NCBI GenBank assembly: GCA_034780895.1
Contig: JAUZTB010000077.1
Coordinates: 11,955,615 to 12,019,614, forward strand
Direction of reading: 5' to 3'
Source of the DNA: Rhynchobatus australiae
Lineage: Eukaryota
Length of the DNA: 64,000 nt
How positions within the stretch are numbered: position 1 is the stretch's first letter; each line of letters begins with the position of its first letter. This document shows positions 50,157 through 62,655 of the stretch, in pieces. The notes below the pieces were generated by a model, which saw nothing but the letters and a program-made list of their open reading frames with translations, did not search any database and was not told where the DNA came from. A program made the translations under genes and the position numbers.

Positions 50157-50339
50157 AATGGAAGTTTAAAGTAGTCATTATATTTTCTGCAACAACAAAG
50201 GAAAGCATCTTTGAAAAATTCTCTGTTAATTGGCCTGAAAGCATAAGCTACAAAAAGGATAGAGTTTCCAGAAAGATACAGATGTTCAATGAGTTGAATT
50301 GGTGAATGAAGCATGCAAGATTCTAAACATCCACATAGA

Positions 50340-50600
50340 CAAAGTAAATATTGGATGTTTTCCCTCAAGGGATGATCTCAAGATAAGGGGACCTCAATTT
50401 AAGACAGAAATGAGGAAGAATTCCTTGTGTGAAAGGATTGCAAGTCCTTGCAACTCCTTGCCCCCAAAATCTGCAAGGTTCAATTAATGAATATATTTAA
50501 AGCAGAGATCGATTTTTACAAGAGAATCAAAGGTTAGAAGCAAAGGGCAGAAAAGTGGACTTGAGGAAGTTCAGATCAGCCATGATTTTACTGAATATTG
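50340..50600 (+). mobile_element. CR1 LINE 3' fragment
   Basis: ctcaagataaggggacctcaatttaagacagaaatgaggaagaattcc..gatcagccatgatttt. Confidence 0.7.
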
Positions 50601-53096
50601 CCCAACTCTCCAGTGAGGTAACCCAATCATTACTGCTTAATTTGCTCCCTTCCCCCTCCATCACAAAACCAAACAATTCCCTTTTGCACTTATTCAGTTA
50701 ACACTGTGAACTACATGTGTAGATAACTCAATGCTGGCCTCTTTGTTTATATGTCCCAGATGTATCAATGAGGGTTACTCTTCGGTCAAGTAAAATTAAG
50801 AGCTTCATTCATTATAGGATACACACTTCCATATTGGAAAGCTCTCATCTATGTTTATAGAACCACTGCTATGTTATTCACACAACATTATCTGTACAAC
50901 AATAACTGAAGTGCTTGCAAGAACAGTTTTAATATATTACTTTACCCTTACAATATGTAATATTATACCACATTCTGCAAATAATAATTCCATCTTTAAT
51001 AAAAGGAACAAGTTCAGCCATGATATAACTAATCTTTGGGCAGATAGCTGACAGTTTCACAGCATACACAAGAATGACCCACACTTGGTTGAGGTACACA
51101 ACGGATGCAGGTGCATAAAACTTTGAGTACAATCACCAGCTTTTGAAAGGAGTACCGGATAAATACTTCTTTTTAAAAAAAGGTTTCTGTATCAAGAACA
51201 GTAACAGGCTGTGATATGTAGTCAATCTCTACAAATTATGGTGGAATGTTTATCGAAAGCAGAAATTTAAAAATATACCCAAACTACTTCAAGTTAATGA
51301 GGAAACTGGCAAGCTGTGTGGTTTAATTCACCAAAGCTGGCAAGTAGTTCACCCTTGCTTAACTGGTGAGCAGAGTTTTCCAGCACTGGTGTGTATTTAG
51401 TATTATATACAAATCATACTAGTATATATCTTCCATTTTCAACAGACATACATTTACTTTAAAAAGTAAACTAAGCTAATTAAATCTAACAAAAGGAAAA
51501 CATATCCAGTGTGAATCATTGCTCTTCATGGACTGTGAATGACAAAAACCATCTTTGGAATACAATTTAACCATAGTGAAGTCAAGATTTTTTTTTGAGT
51601 ATTGCCAGTATAACTGCTCAGTTGAAAAAGGTGCAGTGAAAAAAAACTAAGAACTGAACTGAATACTTTTCATAATTTGTCATACTCTGCTGTAAACATT
51701 ACAAGGAACAAACTGCATGCAGCTTGTTCTACAGTTCATTTTGCATATACAAGGTCAACCCATCCAACCTGACTGCATCAGTGACATGGAATGCTGAAGT
51801 GCACATATTTTCTATTCAACTAGAAAAAAAGCTTTTCAAGTTCAATCAGCTATAAATGTTGCTTTGTTTTTATTTTCCAATGAACTTCCTGGAACCCATT
51901 ATAAAGCTGTCAAGTATGTATATTTAGCAATGGCAACACAGTCCTGCCNNNNNNNNNNNNNNNNNNNNNNNNNNNNNNNNNNNNNNNNNNNNNNNNNNNN
52001 NNNNNNNNNNNNNNNNNNNNNNNNNNNNNNNNNNNNNNNNNNNNNNNNNNNNNNNNNNNNNNNNNNNNNNNNNNNNNNNNNNNNNNNNNNNNNNNNNNNN
52101 NNNNNNNNNNNNNNNNNNNNNNNNNNNNNNNNNNNNNNNNNNNNNNNNNNNNNNNNNNNNNNNNNNNNNNNNNNNNNNNNNNNNNNNNNNNNNNNNNNNN
52201 NNNNNNNNNNNNNNNNNNNNNNNNNNNNNNNNNNNNNNNNNNNNNNNNNNNNNNNNNNNNNNNNNNNNNNNNNNNNNNNNNNNNNNNNNNNNNNNNNNNN
52301 NNNNNNNNNNNNNNNNNNNNNNNNAGACTTAAAGTGGGAAGCTATAATGACAGATTGAAAACATTGAGAAGTGCTAATGAAAGCTGTTGCATCAATGGTT
52401 CCACCACATGAAAACTGCTAAGAATGTACACGTTCACTTCCAATTCCTCCTCTCATTATGCAAGAAGACATACAAACCTAAGTTCCAAAGGCACCAAGTG
52501 CCTTTTGGCACCACAATCAAAATTCAATCAAACCAGAAGAATGATTTATGATCATGCATTTACCTTACAAACAGAAGTGCATACTGTAGACAACAAACTC
52601 CACACAGCCTTGAATCAAACTAAGACCTTCCCTGTTTGCATGGCTCAATACCTTTCTATCATTTGTTTGGTAATTTGACACCAGATTTTATTTTTCCCTG
52701 TGATCTTTCCAACATCTTTCTGTATGAGTGATGTAAACTGGAATGGTGACAAGGTATTATGTACAATTTGGGTAATCATCACGTGCAAGGACTACAGGTT
52801 TTCTCAAGACAGCAAACCAGAGCATTTCTCAGTGCATATTTTTTTTTAAACTCACTTCTAAATTTATACAACTGTAGAGATATTTTACCAAATAAGTAGA
52901 TTTCCCTCCTCCTGTTTAGAGTTTTATGACATATTCTATTAAAGACTTCTCTGGATTGAGCCAACAAGCATACATGTTGACTAATGCAGACCTAGCAGTA
53001 CCAAGACAGCAAAAGGTGCAGGTTTTGAATCACACCCCATGTTTCTGATTTGGACTAAATTAAATGGAAGTTGTGGTGGTTCTCTGCAGGATGAGG

Positions 53097-54154
53097 ATCA
53101 TCCCCTCAGTACTAATCAACAAGCTCCAAAACCTGTGCCTCTGTATCTCCCTCTGAAACTGGATCCTTGATTTCTATAATCAGGAGACCACAGTCAGTGC
53201 AGATTGGTCATAGCATCTCCTCCTCGCTGATAATCAACTAAGGCACACCTCAAGGATGCATGCTTAGCCCAATGCTCTACTCTCCTACACTCATGACTGC
53301 GTGGCTAGTGACAGCTCAAACACAATCCACAAATTCGCCGATGACACCACCGCTGTTGGCAGAATCTCAGAGGGCAATGAGGAGGCATGCACAAGTGAGA
53401 GACAGATCGGATGGTTGAATGGTGTCACAACAACAACCTCGCACTCAACGTCAGCAAGACCAAGGAATTGATTTGACTTCAAGAAGGGGAAGTCAGGAGA
53501 ACACACACCAGTATTCATTGAGGGGTCAGCAGTGGAAAAGGTTAGCAGCTTCAAATTCTTGGGTGTCAACATCTCAGGAGGATCTATCTTGGTCCCAACA
53601 CATTGATGCAATCACAAAAAAGGCACATGAGCGGCTCTACTTCAATAAGAGTTTGAGGAGAGTTGCTATGTCACTAGAGACTCATGCAAATTTCTACAGA
53701 TGTACAGTGGAATGCATTCTGACTGGATGCATCACCACCTGGTACGGAGGTTCCAATGCGCAGGATCGAAAGAGGCTGCAGAGGTGTGTGGAATCAGCCA
53801 GCTCCATCATGGTCCTTGCCATCGAGGACACCTTCAAGAGGCGGTGCCTCAAGAAGGCAGCATCCATCATTAAGGACCCTCAATATCCAGGACATGACTT
53901 CTTCACATTGCTACCATCAGGGAGGAGAGGTACAGGAGCCTGAAAATCCACACTCAACATTTTAGGAACAGCTTCTTCCCCTCTGCCATCAGATTTCTGA
54001 ATGGTCCATGAACCCATGAACACTACCTCATCAATCCCCTTTTGCACTATTTATTTTGGTAACTTATAGTAATTTTTAACATCTAGCACTGTACAGCTGC
54101 CGTAAAACAACAAATTTCATGACATATGTCAGTGATAATAAACCTCATACTGAT
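53097..54154 (+). mobile_element. Rex1/Babar-clade LINE, 5'-truncated, RT with stops and frameshifts
   Basis: NWILDF..RPQSVQIG..GTPQGCMLSPMLYS..THDCVA..KFADDTT (FADD at 53334-53345)..KKAHERLYF..NFYRCTVECILTGCITTWYG..IIKDPQYPGHDFFTLLPSGRR. Tail aaatttcatgacatatgtcagtgataataaacc. Confidence 0.92.
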
Positions 54155-54884
54155 GCATTGAGTAAAACAACAAAGAAAGCCTTGCCTTCACAACTCCAGG
54201 TTCTCTTAATCACCTTCCAGGGGAGGCAAAAACAGTGAGCTTGGTGGTGGATGCATATCATTCCTCCTGGCTGCATAAGCATCAGGCAAATAAACAAGGG
54301 ATCAATTTCAAAGAAATTGCAAACACCGTGTATTTCACTTTGCTCTAATCCACAATTCATCCTGACTTGGAAAGTGGCTGAACAACAAGGATATTAGACT
54401 AAAACAAAAAAAAATTAATTGGACCTATAGTGCATGTCAAACTATTATTGCCTTAATCACAACAATTATCAACTTGTTCCAAACATCACTAGCAGCACTC
54501 CACTCAGCTGTGCAAGTGTTCTGACATACCTATCAGCATGAGTGAAGAGTTTCTTTTTGTTTTTAATCATGATCAAAGCACACTTTCCAAAAGACAAGGC
54601 ATCAACTTTAAATTCTCTATGTATGATGTAGTTCTTTGTATAGTTACACATGATGCTCAGCCTAGTCATACAGAATACCTGTCGCTATGCCAAAATATTC
54701 CACTCATACAGACAGATTTCACAAAGATTTTAGAACTATAATATAGCTAGTTTTGGATGGTGCATCTCTGCTTATCACAACAAACCAATAGCTTCAATTC
54801 AATTGATCCTAGAAAGAGAAACTAATCTTTTAGCTGAAAAGGCACACAGACACTATTCTTAATGATATTCAAGTCCAGTCATTA

Positions 54885-55050
54885 CAGAAAAGGTAGACAT
54901 GCAGATGCTGGAATCTGGAGCAATACACAAAATGCTGGAGGCACTCAGCAGGTCAGGCAGCATCAGTGGAGAGAAAAAGACAGTGGACATTTTGGGCCTG
55001 AGACCTTTTATCTGGACTGAAAGATAGAGGGAAGATAGTCAGTATAGAAA
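54885..55050. mobile_element. Penelope terminal-repeat fragment
   Basis: gcagatgctggaatctggagcaatacacaaaatgctggaggcactcagcaggtcaggcagcatc..gggcctgagaccttttatctggactg; the hammerhead-like core is degenerate. Confidence 0.75.
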
Positions 55051-55811
55051 GGGTAGATCTGCCCTACAATCAGTGCCTGGAACACATTAGGCCTGCTACC
55101 TAAAAAAACAAAACCATCATGAAGGTGGATGATGATTTTGGAACCTGAAGGCTCCCACACCATAACATAAACTAAGAACTTGATTTTTCCACAGGTTTCA
55201 AAGCATTTACACTGAAGACACAATAATTTACAAATAACATTTACTATTCTGGAGCCATGGAGAATATTGTCCAAAAAAAATAAGCAGTATCTAGTGTTGT
55301 TTAAATAGTGAAATGTAGAAAGATTAGCTTCAAAGAGTCATGATATGTTGCATAATCAAGCAGTAACCATACTTTATTGGACAGATCAGATGTATTTATT
55401 GTTCTGAATGACTCTCTATTTACTGAATGATTCAGAGATTAAATATAGCAACATATTCCAAAAATAGTCTGCAGACAATAAAAATGCTGTTCAACAATGC
55501 ACATGATAGTGTGAGTGGTGAAACTTACAACCTATCAGATACTGGTTTAAGGGAAGATTCCCTGAATAACACCAATATTGGAAAAAACATGGTAAAGTTC
55601 TCAGATTTCTTTTCGTCTTAGTGGTATGTGTCATTATGTGAGCAGAAGCTGAAGCAAACCAATAAAGTAGCAAAAATATTCTGCTATAATAAATACCAAA
55701 AATGGTTAAAAATTAGAAACCTGCAAAACTAAATTACTTATTCCCTTTCCACAATATCCCATCTGTTCTTTCATTCATAGTTTAAAGGAGAAACAAGGCA
55801 AATTAGTTGAT

Positions 55812-56640
55812 AGAATCATGAAGCTACAGCATAGAAGCGGACCCTTCAGACCACCACATCCATGCCAACCTTTGTGCCCATCTGCAAGGATCTCCTTTGC
55901 CCACATTAAGAACATTTCCTTCTTCGCCTTACCTATTTAAGTGTCTGTCTAAATGCCTAGCAAACAGTAATTGTGTCCAATTCTACCAACTCCTCTAGCA
56001 GCATGCTCCAAGATATCAACTATTGTGTGTAAAGAAAGCACCCCTCAGATCCCCTTTAAAATCTATCCTTTCACCTTAAACCCATGTGGTCTCATTTTTG
56101 ATGCCCCTATCATGGGAAAATGATTTTGACTATCTACCATGTCTATGCCTCTTATATACTGCTATCAGGTCACACCTCAGCCTCATCACTCCAAGGAAGA
56201 CAAGCTGAGCCTATCCAACCTCTTCTCATAACTAACGTTCTTCAATCCAGGCAACATGCTGGTGAATCTCCACTGCTCACTCTCAAACACAAGTACATTC
56301 TTCCTCTTGCATCGTGACCAGAACTACACAAAATACTCCAAGTGCAGCCTAACCAGCAATTTGTAAAGATGCAACTTCCCAATTCTTATATTCTGTGCCC
56401 TGATTTATGAAGGCAAGTGCACTTTATGCCTTCTTCACCACCCTATAAATCTGTGTTGCCACTTTCAGTGAAGCCAAGCACACATTATGCCTTCTTCATC
56501 ACCCAAAAGATCCATGTTGCCACTTTCAGGGAAGCAAGGATTTAGACCTCTCAGTCTCTCTGTTCATCAACATTCCTTCGTGCCCTATCATTTTTGTATG
56601 TATCCTACCCCAATTTGGCTTACGAAATGCATATTTTACG
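55812..56640 (-). mobile_element. CR1 LINE 3' fragment with an internal tandem duplication of about 62 bp (about 56424-56535)
   Basis: Antisense tail agaatcatgaagctacagcatagaagcggacccttc..; gtgaccagaactacacaaaatactccaagtgcagcctaacc. ttatgccttcttca..gttgccactttcag occurs twice. Confidence 0.85.
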
Positions 56641-57904
56641 ATTCCTAGGACTCAACTGCTTAAGTCTGCCAGACTACATGATCCTTTAAAGGAAAGCCTT
56701 CCAACTCTGAACTGAAACATTGAAGGGAAATGTGAATTAGCTCAGCTGTGTAGATAAGTTTTCAGGTGAATGAATTAAAACCAAAAGGGGGCACGGAGAA
56801 ACAGAAACAATGCTGATGATTTCAGATTCTTCTCAGTGTTAAGCTCTCTATTTCAACAATGAAATTCAGATTCATGGCAAGGAAAGCAAATTTGGTAACT
56901 TTTGTTGGAATGAACTTGCTTCCAACATTTTGATATCTCTAGAGTGCATGTAGCCAGGAAACTCATTGTTTAAATTATACAAATCCTCCTACTCTAATTA
57001 TATTCATGGGCAAGAATGTTGGGAAAGATCGCCAGCTAAGACTGCACTAAATCATCAATACACCACATTTCAAAACTAGATTGTTATTGTAAATTTTAAT
57101 GTGCAGTTTATAGAACAAACTGAATCATTGCTGCATGGAACAAATTGATTTGAACAACAAATATTAATGAATCTTTCAAATGAAAAATTGCCTACTATAT
57201 AATTTTCATAAGCAAAAAGTGTGCACTGCAATAACAACCAAAGACATCTGGTCTGGTCATTGGTAGCAAAACTGCTGTTTTCATGGTCAATTTGCCAGTA
57301 AGCAAATGAATTTACAGTGCATGACATAAAGACAAGCAGAGTAAACTGGAGAACTACACTTGAATAGGCAACAGTTTGGCTTTACAAGCTGGACTAATTA
57401 ATGGACCAAACATTTTCCTTTTTAGCCTCAACCATTTACAAAATTTGAAAAATTTCACCAACTACTTTCATTAAAAATTTACCTTGACCATGAAAATGAA
57501 TTTGAGAATCTGAACAAAATTTTCCCTCTATTTTGTCATTTAAAGCAGACAATTTCCATTTGGTAGAAAAAGACTAACAACATGGAGCTCTGAAGATAGC
57601 ATAGTTCCACAAGCAGACCACAAAGTATAACTGCATAAGGCTCTTAAATCCAACTACAAAACAAAACCAGTTTCCCAAGAAATATTCTGATTTGGTCATA
57701 ATTCTGTAAACAAGTGTTCACTTCTCCATCCATTTAATCATTCAATCTCAAACAGATGAACAATGCAATTTAATTTCAACCTTCATGGAACACTAAATAT
57801 AACTGCAAAGAGCAGTCAAAATGTCAAACTTTTCAGGAAAAGATGCTGCTGGTGTAATTCTCATCTTTAAATCTGAGATTGATAGATTTTGATAGCCAAG
57901 GGCA

Positions 57905-58560
57905 TGAAAAGGAATAAGAATCTGAAGCAGACCATTTGGCCCCTCATGCCTCCCCCACCTCATTAAGTTCATAATTGATCTTTTCTTCAATGTTAGTTTC
58001 TTGTACTCAGCCCCTTTAATATTTAACAATCTATCATCTCTGCCTTGGAAATACACAGCAGTCGAGTCCCAACAGTTGCCTTGCGTAGGGAATTCCTAAA
58101 ATTCACTGTGCCTGTGTGAGGAACTTCCTTCTTCTCTGTCGAATGGGCAACCCCTTCCTTTCAGAGAGTGTGACCCTTTTTAGGCCACCCAGCCAGGGGA
58201 ACATCATCCTTGTATCTACCCCGTTAAGCCCCTTAAGATTGTTATTTGTTTCAATGATCTCACTTTTTTAAAAAAAATAATTCTAGATTATATTGGTCCA
58301 TGCTGCTTAATCTCTCCTCTTATGACAATGACAAACATCCATCTGGTGAACCTACAGGGACTTTTCCCCACCTTAAGTATATTCTTCCTTAGGAAGAATA
58401 TACACCTTTGCATAATATCCCAGACAGTCTCACCAAAGCCCTGTATAAGTGGAGCAAGAAATCTTCACTCTTGTACTCAAATCCTCTGCCAATAAAAACC
58501 AACATACTATTTACCTTCCAAACTGCTTACCTACACATGAATTCTCAATGATTTGAGGGA
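57905..58560 (-). mobile_element. CR1 LINE 3' fragment
   Basis: gaagcagaccatttggcccctcatgcct..cccagccaggggaacatcatccttgtatctaccccgttaagcccc..tctcaccaaagccctgtata. Confidence 0.75.
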
Positions 58561-59051
58561 AAGATAGAATATGGCATTAAGACATATCAATTATAACCTC
58601 ATTGAATAGCACAAAAAGGCTGAAGGCTGACTCCAATTTCCTGCTGAGTTCCTCCAGCATTTTGTCTTGGTTGTTGAAGATTTTATGGCCTACTCCTGTT
58701 ACTAAGTTCTCTTCTCCAATATAGTCTAGGGGCAAAAACAGAAAGAATTTATCTGGGTTGCTCACAACTGTACCACCACAGTTATCAACAGTAATGAAAG
58801 TGCAACTCAAATAGGCACCTGCAAGACAATAGTACAAATCAAACCACAATCTAAAAATAATGTGATGAGGAATTGAGGAACGGGCCCAAAATTTCTCTTG
58901 CAGGAGAGGAATGAATTTCTGCCACTGATCTGAAAGAGATGAGACATCCCTCCAGTGAGGAAGCATGCAGGTGTGGACCATACATTTCTCCCAACCTGCT
59001 GCTTAGCAGCAATTAATGACACTGTACATTCACAACTTAAACAGTGTTGTT

Positions 59052-59228
59052 ACAAGAGTTTGCAGATGCTGGAATCTGGAGCAACAAACAATGTGCTGGA
59101 GGAACTCAGCAGGTCAAGCACCATCCGTGGGAAGGAGGGAATTGTTTGCAGTCTCGTGTCGACAGTTTCTTTCCTCCCACAGATGTTGCTTGTCCTGGTG
59201 AATTCCTCCAGCAGATTGTTTGTTGCTG
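59052..59228. mobile_element. Short palindromic Penelope-terminal-repeat element (imperfect arms of about 65 bp)
   Basis: Arm 59080-59144 (agcaacaaacaatgtgctggaggaactcagcagg..) is the imperfect reverse complement of 59163-59227 (..cctggtgaattcctccagcagattgtttgttgct). Confidence 0.85.
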
Positions 59229-59834
59229 CACTTAAACAGGGTTCCTTGCCTCAATATTTTGTGGAAAAAAAAGTCTTTGACAAGAAAGGTGAGGAACATG
59301 ATTCAGACTCCACTCACATTGAAAGAAAATGCTTTGCAGGTCTCTGGTGCATGCAAAAATATATTTAAGAACAGTGACCTGGAAACCCATCCAATGAAAG
59401 CTGGAAAGAAATAGCATTTTGCTTTTACTTCACTGAATCACAAAAGAAAACGGTGAACAAAATATTTGATGTACTCAAAGGACATTAAGAATCTACAGTG
59501 GTGATCCAATATATTAAGCATGAACATACAGCACAGGAAAATATGTATTGCATAAATAGCATCTTGATCTGTTCTAGCACTCTTGGACTGCTCTAGCAAA
59601 TTACCCATCAGTACAACAGAAGCACAGAATCAGAGTGTGGGACAAAAGATATCCACAATGTATATGATCAATTAACAGCCTCTGTGGCTCTTCTCAGGTG
59701 CTACCAGCTTTGAATATTTCTACTTTTCTAATCTTTTATTTCAGAGTTGCAGCGCCCACAGTATTAATTTTATTGTATCCATAAACTAAACAGTAGCACA
59801 CATGATATTAAATTCAAAATTAGTTGAATAATTC

Positions 59835-59942
59835 ATTTAGTATTGGTATGTTATTGTCACTGGTACCAAGGTACAGTGAAAAACTTGTCTTGTATACCGA
59901 TTGTACAGGTCAATTCATTACACAGTGCAGTTACATTGAGTT
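59835..59942 (-). mobile_element. Short retroposon 3' tail fragment (similar copy at about 19430-19560)
   Basis: tattggtatgttattgtcac..ggtacagtgaaaaacttgtcttgtatac..tcattacacagtgc..attgag. Family not determined. Confidence 0.45.
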
Positions 59943-62174
59943 ATTTTACATAAATAACTAATTTTAGCTATGTTTTTCCATAATTTCTCAATGAACAAAT
60001 CAATTATCTGAAAAACTAATGCATTACTCTCATAACTGAAACTGGTAAAAATGCAACCCATGACTAGGGCTGCTCTGTATCTTTACTAATTGGTGAATGA
60101 TTAAAAGAGAGGGAAGTTGGGGCGGGGAAGAAGGAAGAGAGAAACAGATCGGTATAAGGAAAAGTACAACTATTTAAGAATATAATCAGACCACACACTG
60201 CCTCATTTTCATATGAATGGCTGAACTTAAACTGCAATGTTTTAATTCTCAAAATGTTTTACTTCTAAAAATACTTTTAAATATTTGTGCCAAATGAGCA
60301 CCTCACAAAAAGACTGATGATGTGACCAAGAGTCAAATAAACTCCAACCTGTAATACCAAACATTTCCCATAAACCAACATACCACTGGCAACTGCGAAA
60401 CTAAGTTGGCTGAATAAATTAAACTATGATATAATGCAAGTAAAATCTCTGCAAAATAGCTGAACAACCAACAAATCACTTTGCAAACTATCTGTACAGT
60501 TTTGTTTGACAGATGATTTTATCCAAAAAAAATACAGAACTTTGGCATAACTGTGACTGATTTGATCATATAAAAGATAAACAGGAGAATTTCGCAAGTG
60601 TCATTGATCAACTTGCAATGATGCAGATACTTAAGTGGCCATGCAGCGGTTAACTCAAATATTAAACTGAGACGCCACTTTCAAGAAAAGCTTGTTCAAT
60701 CCATGAACATGATATGAATTTGCCACTTGCTATTTTCATTCCCCATCCCTTGCCTTTTCTGACTTTGGTTCTTGACTTCTTACATTGTTTCATTGAAGAC
60801 CAAAGCTAGTTCAAGAACAGCACCTCTGCGTAATGGGCACCAAGTACATTTTGCACAAAGGCATTATAATACCTTAAGGAAACATTTCTCCTATAAAATC
60901 ATTTCATAATCTTATAGATCCCAATCAGGCCATCCCTCAGCATTCATTGACTTCCTTCAGCAAATGCTTTTAAATTTTAAACTTTATTTTTCAAACATAA
61001 AAAAATGTTTAGATACTGTTGCAAATGAAGAAAAATGTCTCTTGCTCAAACTGTTGCATCCTGGGAAATTGGGTGCATTATATATGCACACACTGCACAA
61101 TATTTTCAGCTCTCACAGCAGCATAGCTCTGGATGAAAATATCAACTCCAAGGCCAGGCTTTTAGAATAGGCTGAGAACTTCAAGCAAAAACTTTAATGA
61201 AGGCATTTGGAAACACAAAAGACAATTCAAGTTTAATCATATCCCATGGTGCAGATTTCTGAAGTGATTTGTTCAACACATCTCAACTGAATTATAACCT
61301 GTCTGAGAAGTAGGTAAGATTGACTGACAGCATACCAATAATACAGTTGACAGCAGCAAATTATTGATCTCAGAGTTATAAAAAATTACTAAGAAAGCTA
61401 GTAATGCCTATTCTGCACTCATTTTAGTCAATTTTCTAATCCAACAGACTATTTAACTTGCAGCCTGGAGCAGCAGTTCACAATGACAGAATAATTCAAA
61501 CTTTCTTTTTAAAATGTGTTTTTAAATCTTAGAAACCTAAGTAAATTCACTTTACCACATGAAACAGCAACAGTTTTATTAATGTTGGTTTGGGGAGCGG
61601 GTGAAACTTCCACAATTATATCCAGTTCTTTGAAAATGCAATTTTTTGCATGAACCCAGCAGTCATAATTTCAGATCATGCTAGGAAAAGGACTATATTC
61701 CAAGCATTTCTAACTACAATCAGTTTTCACTATTACCTGTGCATTTTACTTCTCTCTGACAAGTCGAGAGTACACATAGCACATTTTAAAGACAACAACA
61801 GAAGCTTTTACACAGATAAAGTGAACATAATGACACTGTATGGATGATGTAAATCAGCTCAGAAATACTTCTAGATTGCTTACTGTTGGCATGTTTTATA
61901 TCATCCAAACTGATGGTTCACTGTTATTAGTTACAAATTGCACATTAGTGAAAACCAAAAGAATCTTCTTTTTCCCCAATCAAAATTTTATCCGAAGTTT
62001 GCTAAAATGTGTTCAGTCAAAAGCGTCAGTGAGTATGTGATAAAACAGCAAAGTGAACGTTAATATGACTTAAGTGTGCCGAATTGGTGACAGAACAATT
62101 GCTCCAGAGTCCATATAGTCAAATTATTACATATTTACATAAGAAACAAACAATATTTTCTTGCTTTCACATAC

Positions 62175-62190
62175 TGCTCCACCTGGTGGC
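62175..62190 (-). promoter_or_regulatory. CTCF-like motif
   Basis: Minus strand GCCACCAGGTGGAGCA compared with the core consensus CCASYAGRKGGCRS. Confidence 0.3.
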
Positions 62191-62399
62191 TTGGACATAA
62201 ATGAAATTCAAGTCAAGTCTGGATTTATCCTGGTGATTAAACTTGCAACCATCTGATTACAAATAGGTCACATACTTTAAATCAGAATCATAAGGACTCT
62301 AAATACACTCGCTCTTGGAAGTACTGAATGACAATCCTTGTAAACCTATTTAAATTTGCACAAACCTTCTTGCAATTTATTCTGGTAGCACTTAAATTC

Positions 62400-62655
62400 T
62401 TTCTCATTTTCAAATCCAGCCATGTTCTCACCCCACACACTCTTTTTAACCTATTAACTCTATTGCTCACACCTAATTTTCATTGTTCCATCGCTGTCAA
62501 CCAATATATCTCTCATCTCCGTGATCCCCTAAAACAATTCTTAATACCTCTTTAATATCTCCTTTTGTAGTTCAGTGCCAAATTTTGTTTAATAATCCCT
62601 CCTGTGAAGAGCTTTGGGAAGTGTTACTGTATTAAGGGCACCATATAAATGCTAT
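62400..62655 (+). mobile_element. L2 LINE 3' end
   Basis: ..gtgccaaattttgtttaataatccctcctgtgaagagctttgggaagtgttactgtattaagggcaccatataaatgc is an L2-type tail. An antisense relative lies at about 28700-28860. Confidence 0.65.

Noticed and set aside
53419-53943. 174-aa ORF as a host gene
   Set aside because: It is the C-terminal part of a frameshifted Rex1/Babar reverse transcriptase ORF, and a second copy lies at 22503-23196.
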